Below are positions 1 through 14,129 of a stretch of 64,000 nucleotides of DNA, piece after piece. The DNA comes from Oopsacas minuta (Eukaryota; Animalia; Porifera), in the NCBI GenBank assembly GCA_024704765.1, contig JAKMXF010000077.1:124001-188000 (forward strand), given 5' to 3'. A model generated the notes under the pieces. That model did no database searches and was not told the origin of the DNA. It was given only the letters and a program-made list of their open reading frames with translations. The translations under genes were made by a program, and so were the position numbers. Every line of letters begins with the position of its first letter. Positions within the stretch are counted from its first letter, which is position 1.

Positions 1-170
1 CCTTGCAAATAAAGATCTATAGGAAGGTTCAACATGAAGTGCCATCAATACTTAGCTGATTTGAGAACTTGCTTTATAGATGGCTAGTAATACTGAAATC
101 ATGTGTCTACCTATTAATTTGAATATATTTACCTTCGGGACTAGTTCCCCTGAATTCCATTAATAGACGA

Positions 171-463
171 CAGGGCTGAGTTAATTCATTTTTGAGTTGG
201 CAAAATAAACTCATATAAGTTACTCAACTTATAAAACCAGACAATTTGTGCATCATAAACTCATCAACTCATTCAATTAATTACAAACTCAATTTGAGAA
301 ATGAGTTGGTTGAATCAACACGATTTGAGAAATGAGGTGGTTCTATCAACTCAATTTCGCACGTACAACTCATTCAAACCATTCAACCTTTAAACATAAA
401 TTCATTCAACTCATTAAAAAATGAGTTAATTTCATCAGCTCAAAATGAGCTGATACAGCCCTG
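171..463. mobile_element. Small MITE-like element with CAGGGCTG termini, filled with AACTCA/TGAGTT motifs
   Basis: CAGGGCTG at 171-178 and CAGCCCTG at 456-463; many (C/A)AACTCA(T/A) copies in both orientations; hairpin CAGCTCA-aaa-TGAGCTG at 436-452. No TSD found. Confidence 0.4.
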
Positions 464-1338
464 ATAATTATTAGCAGCTCGTTATGTCCCCCTCTACCTT
501 TACCAGAAAAGTCAACATCTGCCCAAGCACAAAGAAGTTAATCAGGTTGGCCTAACAATAAAGTTTGCATTTACCAGCATGGATAATCCACTTGCCTGAA
601 TTTCTCGTAACCATTCCTACTCTCGCACTCCGGCTATGAGCGTGATAAGTATAAATATACATGATTTGGAATCATAGTGGCATAACTGGCATTGGAAAAA
701 TAATGTCAACAGACAGAAATATTGGATTTGGGATAGCGAGGGACCGGATTTATAAACCCGGGGCAAATCAAGGAAAAATCATATTATGTAACAAGGCAGT
801 GGTGATCAAAGGGCCTTATAGACCTGGGACCAGAATTTTCAACTCAGTGACAAATATTCCAGTAGCAATCCCCTTGGACCGCTACTGCATAAATATCTTA
901 ATATACTATCCTGATTCCAGGTACATACAAAGTGAATCATTATCAGTATAGATTAATAAGAGACATTAATCCCAAAGTAAATATTAAACCATCGGTGGAA
1001 GTTGCGTGAACTGTAACGTAGATATCCGGATAATCGAGAGTATAATCGCAATTGAAAAACCTAAAACATGAAGCAACTATCTTTGCAATTGTAAACATCA
1101 CGTTCGCAAAATCCCCAGAATTAGAATCGGCCTACTTGTGTCACGCTTTCCACCCCTTTTTACACATTTTGTAATAGGAAAGGAATGAGGCTGTTAAACG
1201 TCGCATACTACACCCTCCCGATTTATGATGCTTAAAGTTTGAAAGGAATCAAATTAAGGATAAAATTCCTCAATAAATATCAAATAGATAAGAAATTTGC
1301 CAATCGACAATCGCAAATTCTCTAGATTTGATTAGCAG

Positions 1339-1854
1339 TAGAGATGGGACGGATGTGAGATTTCCCACATCCGCGGATGCGGATAAAGATGCGGATAAAG
1401 ATGCGGATGTGGAATTTTGAACCTCCGCGGATGCGGATATGGATGCGGATTTGGAATTTTGAACCTCAGCGGATGCGGATTTCAACTTTACAGGGCAGAC
1501 AGTATTGTATTTCTAATTTACTCGATACAGCATATATTGGTTCTTTGTATTATACTCTAAACTCTAAACAATAAATATTTCCAGATCATACTGTTGAATC
1601 TGAAAATTGAGGCCATTAATTATGGAATTAAAGCAGGAATAAATATAATCGTAGGAGGTAAATGTAATATCAATCTATAGTAGTGTAAACGTGATGGGCA
1701 AATAGTAATATTTAAGCGTATATTAGACAATTACAAATATAATTGGTTCCTATTACAGTAGGAAAACAAGGGCGGATATGCATAATACGCGTATCCGCGG
1801 ATGCGGATGTAAAGATGGAGCTGAAAAGTTACGTGGAGCTCCGTCCCATTCCTA
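1339..1854. mobile_element. Non-autonomous hAT-type MITE with subterminal GCGGAT repeats
   Basis: TIR TAGAGATGGGACGGA / TAGGAATGGGACGGA; 8-bp TSD ATTAGCAG (1331-1338) vs ATTGGCAG (1855-1862); clustered GCGGAT(GCGGAT) motifs near both ends. Confidence 0.85.
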
Positions 1855-2729
1855 ATTGGCAGGACTGCTTGAAAATAAAGGCTGTCCTAATTTGAACACT
1901 ATTTCAATGATTATCAAGTGGGAAGGGGAAATTGACGAAACATGTGACAACCATGGCGTGTGCGATAACTCAGGAATGTGCGGACATTACCATAACAACT
2001 TTTTAGATTTGCTCCAGGAGGGCTTCAGACAGTGACATTACCAGAGCGTCAGGTTAGGGGGATGGGGCTAACTGGATGTTCGTGGATTGGTGATATCAGT
2101 ATACTTTTTCATATCTATTTGTGGTGTAGATGGTAGTATCTATAATGAAATATTGAATTTAGCAAAATCGATGAGTCTTGCTTTGTTTGAATGAATATTA
2201 GGTAACAAACGCTCTTCGAAGAGCAAAATTTGTTGATAGCAATCCTAAATCACGGAGTTTTTCCAAATCTAGGATATAGCATCTAGGTAGAATCAAAGTA
2301 TTTTATGGTTTGCCTAAGCCACCATCTTCAGTATTTTGGTTGGTAATGCAAAAACTTCGAAATTAATCGAGCAATTGTGACGATGAAATAAACAGTGGAG
2401 TAATAATCAATCAAATGCATTCATACCTGTAAAGAAAACTCAGTGTATTCCTTTTTTCGCGTACTGAGTTAATAAATAGATGGGGCGAGCAAAAATTAGA
2501 TGTTAGAGTTTCACTATTGACACTTGAGTATCAGCAATAGGAGACTTCGCACATAGATAATTATACCTGCATACCTATAAATCTAAATGTCATTGCTGTC
2601 AAATTTCTATTTATAAAACTTGTGGTTCATTAATTAACTAAGTAGATATCTGAGAATTATGCATCTGTTCGATCATAATTCAGGTAGCGAGCTTGGAACG
2701 ATTTTGGATTAAGATGGGATCTACTAATA

Positions 2730-5700
2730 CATCACGAAGAGTGTCAGGGAATCAAGTTTTTCTTGAAAGAGTTCGCCGGGACCCCTTATGAATCTGTTAC
2801 ATTTCTCTAGACATTCTTTAGAAATATTTTGCAATCCCTACCGTTATTATGAACACCAATTAACTTAAATGAATGGGACTGCAATTTGTGCAGAGATGAC
2901 TGGATGCTATCCCGTAGATAAGTAACCATGATATATTCAAGTGTACTTTGCATAACTCTTCCATCTTGTAACAATTAATTAGGTTACTACTTTTGATTAG
3001 GATTAACAAAACTGATTGATTGATCTGGAACTTCTTTAATGATACTGCATCTGAAGGAATAATGGAAGAAGTGGTTCATGTCCAATAATCACTCTTAATA
3101 AAGAAGCAATCTCGTGATAGAACTACCGCCCTAGATAAAGGGATATCTACACCGAGATGTACCCCTCCTGATGTCTAGCTAGAACCCGTTTCCTGAAAAT
3201 AATTACTTAGGAGTTACTAGGGCGTTCAATAAGTCTTGTGGGTGATATCATAGAATAAGCTACAAACACTATACACTCTAATTCACTATATTATTTATTC
3301 AAAGTAATCCCCCTGCAGATACACAAATTGTGAACCTTTCCATCCACTTGTAAACACATTTCTGTACACTTCTTCGGGGATTGATTTGAAGTACTGGTAC
3401 AGGCCCGTTCCGAGTGCTGTAATGTGTTAAAATCATTGCCTTGAAGGTAGATTTTAAGCTTGGGGAATAGCCAAAAATCACACCGAGCTAGGTCTGATGA
3501 GTATGGTGGATGGGGAAGTAATTCTAACCCTTCTACAGCCAAGAAATTTTGGGTAAGCTTAGTTGTATGGGAACTGGCGTTATCAATTAAAATCTTCATT
3601 CCTCGAGTTCCGGTTTTCGGGGGATGCTTTTCTATATTTTTTATCAAATTTGGAAGCACTTGCTCTGTAAAGAAAGTAGCAGTAACAGCCTTGCCACTCT
3701 CACAAGGTAATTGCAAGACAATTCCATGATTACTGAAGAAGATGGTATACAAAATCTTAGGTCTTCTGAAGTCGGGCCTAAGAATTTTCGCTTGTTGTTC
3801 GTCGCCCCTCACCCATGATAGCTTCTTATACTTGCTATATGGTGTTGAATAGTACACCCACGTCCCCTCACCACTAATAATCTTTGTTAGGCGTCTAGAA
3901 TCGCAGTTCTCATCAGTTTCCAAGAGTTTCTTGGCAATATTCAGTCGTGCCAACCTTTGTTCTCACTGAGCTTATGCGAGACACATTTCCCACAAATCGA
4001 TCGGTAGCCAAGCTCAGTCGTCAGAATTGTATGAATAGCTCCTGATGAAATCTCCATACTTTGTTCTAAATGATTGACAGTAATGCACTTGTCTTCCATG
4101 ACCATACTTACAATGAGTGCGATATTCTCTGAAGTGGTGGCGGATACAGGTCTTCCAGATCGAGGCCAATCTGTGACATCAGCATCAGCAGATCTAAAAC
4201 GGGCAGGCTATCGCTTTACAATAGATCTGGAAGGGCAATCCACGCACAATATCTTCTGTAACTAGCTGAAGATCTCTATGGGCTGGGTCTTGAGTATTGT
4301 GCGAAACTCTATGTGAGCTCGCCATTTGAGGCTGAAATTATCATCCTTTGAAGCCATACATTCAACAGTTAGTATAAATTAACTATACGCAACTATCTCA
4401 AAATTCATAATTTGTATTGAATAAGCTTGAAACTTTCAGCGTATGGAGTTTAACTATATGGGCTTATAATATATGAAAGTTAGATATATTACTTGACTAA
4501 TTCCTAAGATATCATGACACGCAAGACTTATTGAACGCCCTGATAGATGGCCACCATGCCTTGTGTCCAACATCAAAAATGGTATATCAATAGTATAAAA
4601 CACATTAATACACGAATGTAAGAATGCCTAAGGGATGCAGCGATGATATGATTTCAGATGTTGGTTGTAACAACACATTCTTTGATGGGAATTCAAATAG
4701 GGATATTGATCAATTTCTTCGAAAAGTTGAGCATCAGTATTATATCTATTGACGGAGAAACCAGAGGGTGGCCATTCCAAACTTTTAATATGTTCATTCG
4801 TTGCTGTACACAGATGACAAGAAGCACCCCAGCACTATCCAGCAATCCTACCATTTTGGTAGCGAATAGGGAACAGACTATCTCAACATTTGCATGACCC
4901 CAAATAAGAGGATCCATCATAAATACGTGGTCAGTTTTAGGGTGACAATGGTGTACAAATTAGTTATATAGAATAGTATTCTTCTTTCAAAGAAATAAGT
5001 ACGACTGGTCTAGAGCTTAAGAGAAAATTAGGTGGTTTGCTGGAGTATACCTCGTTTCCAAGTGTAGCTGAAATGAATAACGCATAAATCCAAAACATTG
5101 CAGGCATTGGTACTTAATGAAGGATTATTGTTTTGACGATTATATATCCGGAGCCATCTAATCCACCAGTTCTCTCACTTTTCAGAGGGTAATGTGAATC
5201 ATGAACTGGCTCAATAGTCGAAATTATCAATTGAATGGTCAGACTGAGGCTGAAATGATAAAATACCCAAGTTCCAATTGAGAAGCCTTCATATATAATC
5301 ATCCCAAATTGAACCACGAGGCTGATTTCCCTATGATATTGCGATTGCGAGACAGGCTTGATTGAAGGAAGATTAACATCACTTGTGAAAACTCTTTCAA
5401 ATTTGTGTATATAATGGTAGCAATTTCTATCAATCCGACAAAGAACTGGATTAATAGATTTGTAAGTTGTTTATTACTCCCTGAAAAAATTTTCAATTAT
5501 TTCTTTACATTTGAGGTATCACAGTTATAACATGTATTTGACACCAATTCTAGAGCTAGAGCGAGTAGTTGTTTAAGCTTGACCTTTTCTCTTTATGTAA
5601 AACTCGATATGCTCTAATACACACCCAGACTAAATCTTGAAGTCATTATGAGGCATTCTAGAATATGCTTCCACAAGTCGGTTACAATGTGGTCTGAATT
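2730..5700 (-). pseudogene. RAG1-core-like (Transib/Chapaev-clade) transposase pseudogene, copy A, interrupted by a mariner
   Basis: Frameshift-joined minus-strand translation gives GGLDGSG (~5150), KMVGLLDS-AGGASCHLCTAT (~4800-4860), then after the mariner HLGVDIP..GGS, LHKLQSH and SKECLEKCNRFIR (~2780-2870). These match the RAG1/Transib DDE and zinc-binding motifs and are collinear with copy B. Many stops and frameshifts; boundaries approximate. Confidence 0.75.
3217..4543 (-). mobile_element. mariner (DD34D) transposon, degenerate transposase ~3291-4357
   Basis: TIR AGGGCGTTCAATAAGTCTTG at both ends, TA on both flanks; ORF 3291-3953 has DNASSH-34-D and HPPYSSDLARCDFW (YSPDLAP motif); HTH region upstream has stops. 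Confidence 0.93.
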
Positions 5701-8700
5701 GGTTGTTGTTTGAAGATCAGTGACTACAACAGAAGGACCGTAGTCTCAGTATCAAGTGATACTCTGTTGTTTCTGGGATTAGATAATATTTAAGTAAGTG
5801 GAAATCATACCATTCCACGTTTCATGAACTCTCCAACGGTGATCGTCCCGTCACGTTCACGGGTGATATAAGTGATTTAAACTTGAGGCATCATATTCTG
5901 CATAGAGCAGATCGTTGTTATCCATAAGTACCTAAATACATCTTGTCACACTTTTCATTAGTTAAATACACATTGAATGACATTTTCGTAATTACAATCG
6001 ACATAGTCAACGCGAAAGTCTATCCAAACTCTAAAACAGATTATAATATCAAGTTATACATTGTACAAGACTTTATCCCCAGTAAATCATGTAAATTTGT
6101 TGATTTCTTCGAAAAAGATGAAAATTTTCATCTTAAGTTCAGGATTATTTGCGAACAATCAGCGTCTGGAAACAGATTCAAACATAACAAATGTATAAAC
6201 ATCACGAATATATAAAAAGCTATTTATCATTAAAGTTAAACAAGAGATGGTAAAATCAAAACGATTATGAAATATTCTAAAAATATTTTAATACAAAATA
6301 TCAACAAATTGTTATGAAAATAAATTGAATGGATATTGAATTACCGCTCATACCATGGATTGCACTTGCATGTCAATATTCCCTTTTAACTGGTTGATGG
6401 TTACAAATATTTTCAAATCAAGATGGCTTATGTATAATACATACCCAAATTCTAATACCCTGAGAATCCATTTTGTGATATCTCGTACATGTAACGTATC
6501 CCAGAATATGCCCATATATGATCATTTCCAAGATTTCGAAATATTCTTCATAGTTGAAATACCAAAATGTACTATATGTGTGTGGGAAATTCGGTATGAA
6601 TCTTGTCTATTAAGCGAAAACATAATATTATCCCAAAAACTGTCTAAACTTCTCAAACAGAAAAACATTTCTTGCTTAACTATCTCAAGATTCACACAAA
6701 GTAATCAATAGATTTCGATACACAGATCAGTCTGGGTGTTAAATTTGATGAAGATCTTAAAATACATATTTGGATCACAATAATATTAGTAATATATTGA
6801 TGAAGCTAACTCACCTCATGGAATAATTCTACGATGTTGATATATTGAGGATGATGACGAAAGTGTTTCCTTAATAATACGTAAATGCAAGATTCAATCA
6901 GAAATGAGTCATTGACTGCAATTATACCAACATGTTCCTAAAAGAGGAATTAATATGATACACAAATAAACCACATTATAGGTGAAAGACAATGCGTATA
7001 GATCAAAACCATTGTTGTATAGGATAGATTTAATAAAGAAAAGTGAGATGCTAATCCTTAATCCAATAGGTCAGTTTAGTTTAAGCTTGAATAAATAGGA
7101 AAAATATAAAATTAGAGCATTAAGTTAGTGCGCTTCCACGGATATGAACTATTCTACCAACAATTCTCAAACTTCTAGATCACTCTGCAACGAAATCTTT
7201 TCTGATTGACAAATATAAGTCAGAAAATGTGAAACTAGAGTTAAGATGAACGTCTGGAGTTACACTAGAAGCTCGCAAATCAGAGCACACTCAAACTGGT
7301 GCAACTCCAAAACCAAGGTGGCCACCTAACCACTACCTTACATTATGTTACATGGAAATCCACTCTAAAACGAGGGCAACTCTCAAACTGGGGCGCTTTA
7401 AAGTGACACCAAAGCGTCCCGATTTGAGCACCTACTGGAATTAACCGAGGAAGTATTTGGCGAAAAGTTTCAGATTAGAATATGTAGAAAATATCGTAAA
7501 TGACAAAAGAAGTAGAGAGGATACCGGTATAAGAACCTCCTCGACCATAGCATTATGAGTCCCAAAACGGGCATAAAATTTCATGAATATTAGTAGCAGT
7601 TTCCCGGGGAATGGTCCATATAGGTGGAATGTTCTAAAATCAACGTTCTTACCACAGAAAGTCACTGTATACCCAATAGATTCAATTAATTGATCAATAT
7701 GCCTGTAGAAATAGATAAATTGACGGACAGAAATTAACTTGAGTATGGAACCGAAGTATACAATATAGTATATAGTTAGGAGAGAGGAATAATGGGAAAT
7801 AATATAGTAAGCTGTGGAAGAAAACCCTGGATATACTAGAAGGCCTTGATTGAATGTAAGTGTAGGAGACTCAGGATAAGGAGCCACCAGTTAATCCAGA
7901 AGATCTGCTTAATCGCTAAAGACAGAACCATTAAAATATCGCTATTTACATCATAATTTAGCCAACACAATTATTCCAACAATCGGTTCAAAATGAACTG
8001 GTCGCAAGGTGACCCTGGTAAGTAGAGTCTACTGTATATTTAGCTGGACATTCTCACAATGGAAATGTTTGTAAAACCAATCATAAAGTTTGAGAGGCCT
8101 TCTAGGCTCGAGGCCCTTGGAAATTGTTCGGATTTTCCATGTCAATGAGGCCGTGTATATAACAATAACATTTCAAAGATATCTATAACCATTCAAACTA
8201 TACCGGATTAAGGGAAAATTTAGATTAAGCTAGCTTTCAGATTTTCAAATCCTGATAAAAATCAAATATAGAATTATTGTTACTGCTATCTACTCAAAAA
8301 TTTGTATTCCATTTAATGTTTACCATGCATTAGTCTGAAAAATCTTTACTGAAACATTAATCGCTTGAAGAAGATTCAGTTTTTGTGAAAATTTGACTTC
8401 TGTATTCGTGCGAAATATGTCGAACGATTTCCAGCACTTAACATAAGCACCCTATTCATAGTATACATTATGTTCCCAATTACATTGCTAAAGATTATCT
8501 GGCTACTATGTCTATAGAATAACCAGCAGAGGCACAGGGAGAAATTTGGGGGCTCAAGCAACCCGGAATTTGGAGAAGGGAGCGAACTCCCATTAACTTT
8601 TGTTTGTTTAGTTTTGAAATTTGTTTAATAATAAAGAGCCATAAAATTCAATTTAATTTATCTACGGAACGTGCATGCAACGCCTGCAAATCCAACCAAG

Positions 8701-9256
8701 TAAGAACAGAAGAGCCACGTAAACTTCACGCGAACCAACGTCATGGCTGGGTGCGGGTGGGCCTGTCTCTTCTCATGTATGTAAACCACAATGTTCGTCC
8801 GAGTTGACTAATAGCCTTAGCAGTCTAAATGTTGATCTGGCAGAAACCAGATTCTGAGGATCGTGAGGTAGGGCCATGGGATTGACAATGGAAAAGAATT
8901 TAGCAATAATATTTGAGAATTTATACTTACATATGCTGTGAGATTAATTTTGTAACCACTTTGGCACAGCTAGATGAATTGCTTTCATCAAAAGCATGAA
9001 GAAGAGATTTTATGGCAATTATATGACAATAAGAAACTTAATTGATACCCGGAAAGATTATGGTCCCGTCAAATGCATCTTGCCAAACCAGCCCCTCCGT
9101 TTACCGAATCCTGGTGGCCCTGAAAATAAGCATTCTAATATAGCCTTAACTTTGTTTCTCAATATTAAGAAAATTAATAGTTTAGATAATTGAGATTTTT
9201 GGCCCAGGAGATAGTTGCACATATTTTTCTAAATATAGTAGTGAAACATATGTATA

Positions 9257-10603
9257 CAGGGTGTAACATAATTGATGCCTACTTCACTGTACCTAGATAC
9301 TATACAACCACACTCATATTTATTTAACTATAGTAAAAGTTTTGCCATTATCCGATTATATCAATCCTTTGGTACCATTATTTATGCATTTTCATACTAA
9401 TGTTCATGTCTATGTCCAAAAATATTTAATAGTTTAGCTCCCTAATATCTTAGCAACATCATGGTCAAAGAACACAAGATCAATAAATATTAAAAACCAG
9501 GCTGAAGGGATGTTATTAGGTGGGATGACGCAAAGACGCGTTTGCAATTTACTTGGAGCATCCTTGCGTACTGTCGGACGATGGTGGACCCAATACCAGA
9601 AGGGAATCTCATTGGAAATAAACCTGGTAGAGGACGGAAGGTTTCCTTATCAAAAATTGGAAAAATCATCATTTCTAAGTCACCAACAAAGAAACACCAA
9701 TAAATAAGAAAATTGTCGAGAAAACTTAAGTCTAAGGGTATTATAGCATCACATATGACTATGCAAAAGTATCTCAAGAATTCTATTGGAGCAACTAGTT
9801 ATAAAAGACCGCTTCAGCCAAGATTATCCGAAAAACAGATTCAAGATCGGATTTCTTTCTGTAACCGAGAGTCAATTGAACTGTTAAAGATTGGCGTATG
9901 GTGTTATTTTCTGATGAATCCCCCTATGAATTATTCCACACACCTAATAGACAAAATAATCGTGTATGGGCATGGGAGAAGAATCAGTGGCCCATCATGA
10001 GAAAATTAAATTTCCTTCTAAGATACATGTTTGGGGAATGATGTTATACAATGCGATATCAGAACTGCATATTATACCCAAGTCCTGTACAGTTACTGCA
10101 AAATACAACATCGAAGAAATACTGAAGAAGTCTCTGAAGATCGCACTAAGGAGGAAAAGGAAGACTGGATCTGTTCTAGTCAGAAGATTACACCCAAACA
10201 TTTCCAGGTACATCTTTCAGCAGGACGAGGCACCAGCTCATAATGCCATAAAGACTCAAGATTGGTGTAGAGACAATCTGAATTCCTTTTGGGAGAAAAG
10301 TATTTGGCCAGGCAACTCGCCAGACTTAAACCCCAATAGAGAATTTATGGGCCATCATCCAAAGCAAAATTAATGAAATGAAAGTAGTAACCAATCTAAA
10401 TATGCTTAAAACACAGCTGAAACTGGTATGGTCTCGGATTTCCCCTGAGATTCTCGACAATCTGGTGAGTGGTATGCCCGAAAGGATTAAAACATGTCTC
10501 AAATATAAAGGCAAATATATAGGAAAATAGATTGGACAGTGAATTCATCGAACGTTAATTTATGCATATTATTTCTGTAAGTCATCAATTATGTTACACC
10601 CTG
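9257..10603 (+). mobile_element. Tc1/mariner-superfamily DD37E-type transposon, frameshifted transposase ~9510-10530
   Basis: TIR CAGGGTGTAACATAATTGATG, TA TSD; FSDES, QQDEAPAH followed by 37 residues to E in [15 protein letters not shown] (after a frameshift). Confidence 0.92.
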
Positions 10604-11501
10604 TATATCAAAAAGTGTATAATCGCATGGAAATGGTATACTCAAACCTTAGTTGCCCCTGAATGAAATCAAGATTGGAACAACTTCAGAAGGAGACATT
10701 TTCAATTCTATCTTGTATTCAAAATAGTGGCCATCTACTAATTCACTGAAACATTCCCCAGAGGATAACATTCTCAAATATCGCGAATAAACTTTTAACT
10801 ACAAGATTCGTAGTCAGTATCAACCAGCACATTGACAGGTCACTTGACCAATATCTTTTCAAAAGCCACGCAGAAATGTGTCAGGAACTGGAGGACATTC
10901 AATTCTTAAATATATTTCCTATGCCCATCGAATAGAAGAAGCTATGTGAGTTGAGTGTAGTCAAGGACATAGAGCCCCTCTTTGTCTCTATTATAATTCA
11001 ATCTACATTATTTCACCCCCGTGAGAATTCCTTCATTAGGAAAGATATGTAAGGGGTTGCAATTCTGTTTGGTAGTACATACATTTGTGAAAAATTCTTC
11101 TAAAAGATGAAATACGCAAAAGTAAGTTGAACACTTAAACAAGAATCACTTGAAGAGTGTGCTATGGTTAGGAACTGGTAACATAAATTCGGACATAGAG
11201 ACATTATCCTAAGTGCAGAAGGATCCATCTCATTACGTAAAATTACATACACTAACCACACATAAATATTTAAAAACCACCAATAGTCAAATGATTGAAA
11301 CATGCCCTAGGGCTCGCATTTTCATATGTATTAGATAATATACTTGATAAACCTATGGTTGCCAAAGTTCGTACTAAAAGTGTGAATATAATGACCATCA
11401 TATATATTCTATTAAAAACTAGCTAATGAATTGGCTAATGACTACATTGATCAATAATTGTTTCCAGAACGAAACTCAATTTAGATAGAGTAATTCAAAT
11501 A

Positions 11502-12069
11502 CTGTGGAAGCCGCCTATTCGAGACAGCTCGGGAGTCAATATTTAGTCTCGAAAAACCGATTATCATTTATTTAAGTATTCAAAAATAGTTTTCCATGAT
11601 CTCATAACCAGAAATATCTTATTCACAACTACTATATCCTGATTTATAGGTTCTAGTAGAGATAAGTTGTGGTGGTAAGGGTAGATCCCGCTTCAGAAGT
11701 CATAAAAAAGCGTGAGGATATATCTAGGTAGAAAGTAGGTAATTAAAGTTTGAACAATAATGCACGTGCTTATTGCAGCAACCTCAATTATTCGTACTCA
11801 CTAGGTCATTGCAGAACGTTTGGATAACAACATTTTGGATTATGGAGGAAAATTATACATGGTGGAATAGGCAATGGTATTTGAAGCGAGTGAGCAAAGT
11901 TAATAATAATACAAATTTCATACTCGGTAAATCGGGATAAGAAATTCGGATTAACCGATTCGATTTAACAATTAACCGACGATTTTGTATGTAAGTATCT
12001 GTTCCTAAAACATTATCCCGCTAAAGCGGATAATCACAATATCCAATCCTGATTAAGTTGCATCCACTG
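11502..12069. mobile_element. Degenerate pogo/Tigger-like MITE
   Basis: TA-CTGTGGAAGCCGC at the left and CATCCACTG-TA at the right, resembling CAGTGGA termini; no ORF. Confidence 0.4.
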
Positions 12070-12784
12070 TACTCCGAGGTCAAATCATCGAAAAATTAAC
12101 ATGAAAATTAGCTGATTTACATATTCTTTTCTGTGCAATATGAGTAATAAGTGTTACAAATGAAATAGGTAAGCCAACTTCATAGGAAATAACATATTGT
12201 GCAAATGGACTGTATTCCCCGCAATGAAAATATTCTAACTCCATTTGAAGATGCCTTAAACAATATTTGCATTATATTCCGTTGTGACCCCATGAGTTTA
12301 ATGATGTGCCATATAAGCTACAAGTGCCACGAGAGCTATTTTGTTAATAACTCAACGACCTTTGTGCATAATGTTTCGAACTATTCAACCTAAAACAAGT
12401 CTGAACGGTACAAATCAAAATTTCATCAGAATAGGTCCATTTGGATTGATAAATGTGCAGAGATAATTTGACAATAAATGAGGTCATTATCTATTTAAAT
12501 AATTAGGTGTGGAGAGAAATATATGATTGGAAAAATATTGTGGGATTTGGTCCGAAACAAGTCAACAATAAAGTAAATAGGTAAATCAAACATATCAAAT
12601 ACATTCGCAGATGCAAGCAATAAGGTCTGTATCAATAATGGGAAATTTAGTGGTTTTCAAATATTAAAGAAAGAAAATTCATTATGTATAAACAAGTATC
12701 TCTCACCATTCGATTGGGTACGTTCATATTGATTACATTGAACGACAAATTCGCGAACGCCGCATCTATGACCTGAGAATAGTA

Positions 12785-14129
12785 CAGGGTGTCCAGTAAT
12801 TATTGATACCTTTCATAAGTTGCTATAAGTTTCGAAAACTACCCACCATTTATTCATTTCATTTACCTATATGATTTCCTTTTTCTAATTCTATGCATTT
12901 TGCAATTCTCGGCATGCCTACTATTAAATATTCGAGGAGCGAAGAATCTAAGTTTAACCAGCATTTTTCAGAAGAAATATGAGGTCTTGAAGGTTGTTCG
13001 GCTGGGGTGCCTCCTCAAGCTTCTGCTTAAGTATTGCCCAAAGATTTTCAATGGGGTTCAGATCTGGCGAATTACTTGGCCACACTTCTTTCGCCAAAAA
13101 TTACGTAAGTGTTTATAACACCATTCTTCTGAAATTTTGGCCCTGTGAGATGGAGTACAATTTTGCATGATTATCGATTTCAACGGATCTGGAAGCATTC
13201 TCTTCTGCAAGATATTTCCTGTCTTTCTTTTGCGTTTAATTGCATCTTTACAGGTTTTGGCAAATATCTCATCCGTATAATAAGCGGCATTTATATTTTG
13301 TTTAGAAGGTATTATGTGCAGTTCAGAGACCGCTTGATAGCTCATCATGCCCCACACAATGACTCCTTAAGGAAATTTTACTGTTTGCTGAGGGGGTATA
13401 TTTGCTGAACTCTTTGCCCAAATTCGGTCATTATGATGGTTGGAAGGATGGAAAAGTTTACACGCAGACTCATCACTCCAAAGAATGCATTTCCAATCAT
13501 CCACGGACCAATTTCGATATTTTTGGCAGAACAAAAGTCTGTTTCCTTATGTTTTGGTGTCGATTTCGGTTGTTTGGGCCTTATGAAGGGTTTAGCGACA
13601 ACAGACTGCTTCAAATAAGAGTGCTGACAGTCCTTTTCGAAATAGAATGTCCATTAGATTTCAATTTTGCACTCAACCTCCTTATGGACTGATGTCTTTT
13701 TCCAAAAGACTTTGATATTATCATCTTTACCACTGGATTCAATTTGGGCAGCCTTCCTGCATCAGGTCTATGATGGAGACTCTGGTTATTGATATGGCGT
13801 TTCCACCACCTTTTAATAGTGGCAATTCCCTTACTAAGACGATTAGCTACATCTTTCTGTGTCATGCCGCCTTCTATCATACAAATAGCACGTGAACGAA
13901 TCTCAATATTCATGATAATGACGCTAATAAAGATAGGAAATTGTGGTTAAATAAATAATATAAAATTTCGCTAAACTTTTGAAATTGGAAACTCCAAAAT
14001 TGCGAAAAAGATTGAATCGGTAATGAACATAAATGAAATATCATTATACATACTTAGGAAACAACATAAATCAAAATATGGTCAAATAAAAATAGAAATT
14101 CATGGTATCAATAATGTCTGGACACCCTG
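12785..14129 (-). mobile_element. DD37E-type Tc1/mariner transposon, degenerate transposase ~12900-13913
   Basis: 26-bp TIR CAGGGTGTCCAG(TA/AC)ATTATTGATACC, TA TSD; HTH ORF 13611-13913; MWGMMSYQAVSELHIIP and [15 protein letters not shown], homologous to the 9.3 kb and 32.8 kb elements. Confidence 0.92.

Noticed and set aside
480-960. Minus-strand fragments RPFDHHC and IQASG suggesting a DHHC enzyme or class C GPCR; plus-strand ORF 661-951
   Set aside because: The motifs are isolated, in different frames and lack surrounding conserved residues; no RAG2-like kelch signature either.
1270-1574. ORFs with SASASA and MRIMRM repeats
   Set aside because: They are translations of the GCGGAT repeats in the hAT MITE.
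7441-7887. 148-aa hydrophobic minus-strand ORF
   Set aside because: No recognisable motif; consistent with a chance ORF in AT-rich DNA.
7990-8036. GTAGAGTCTACTG-TA, a pogo-like terminus
   Set aside because: No partner end found.
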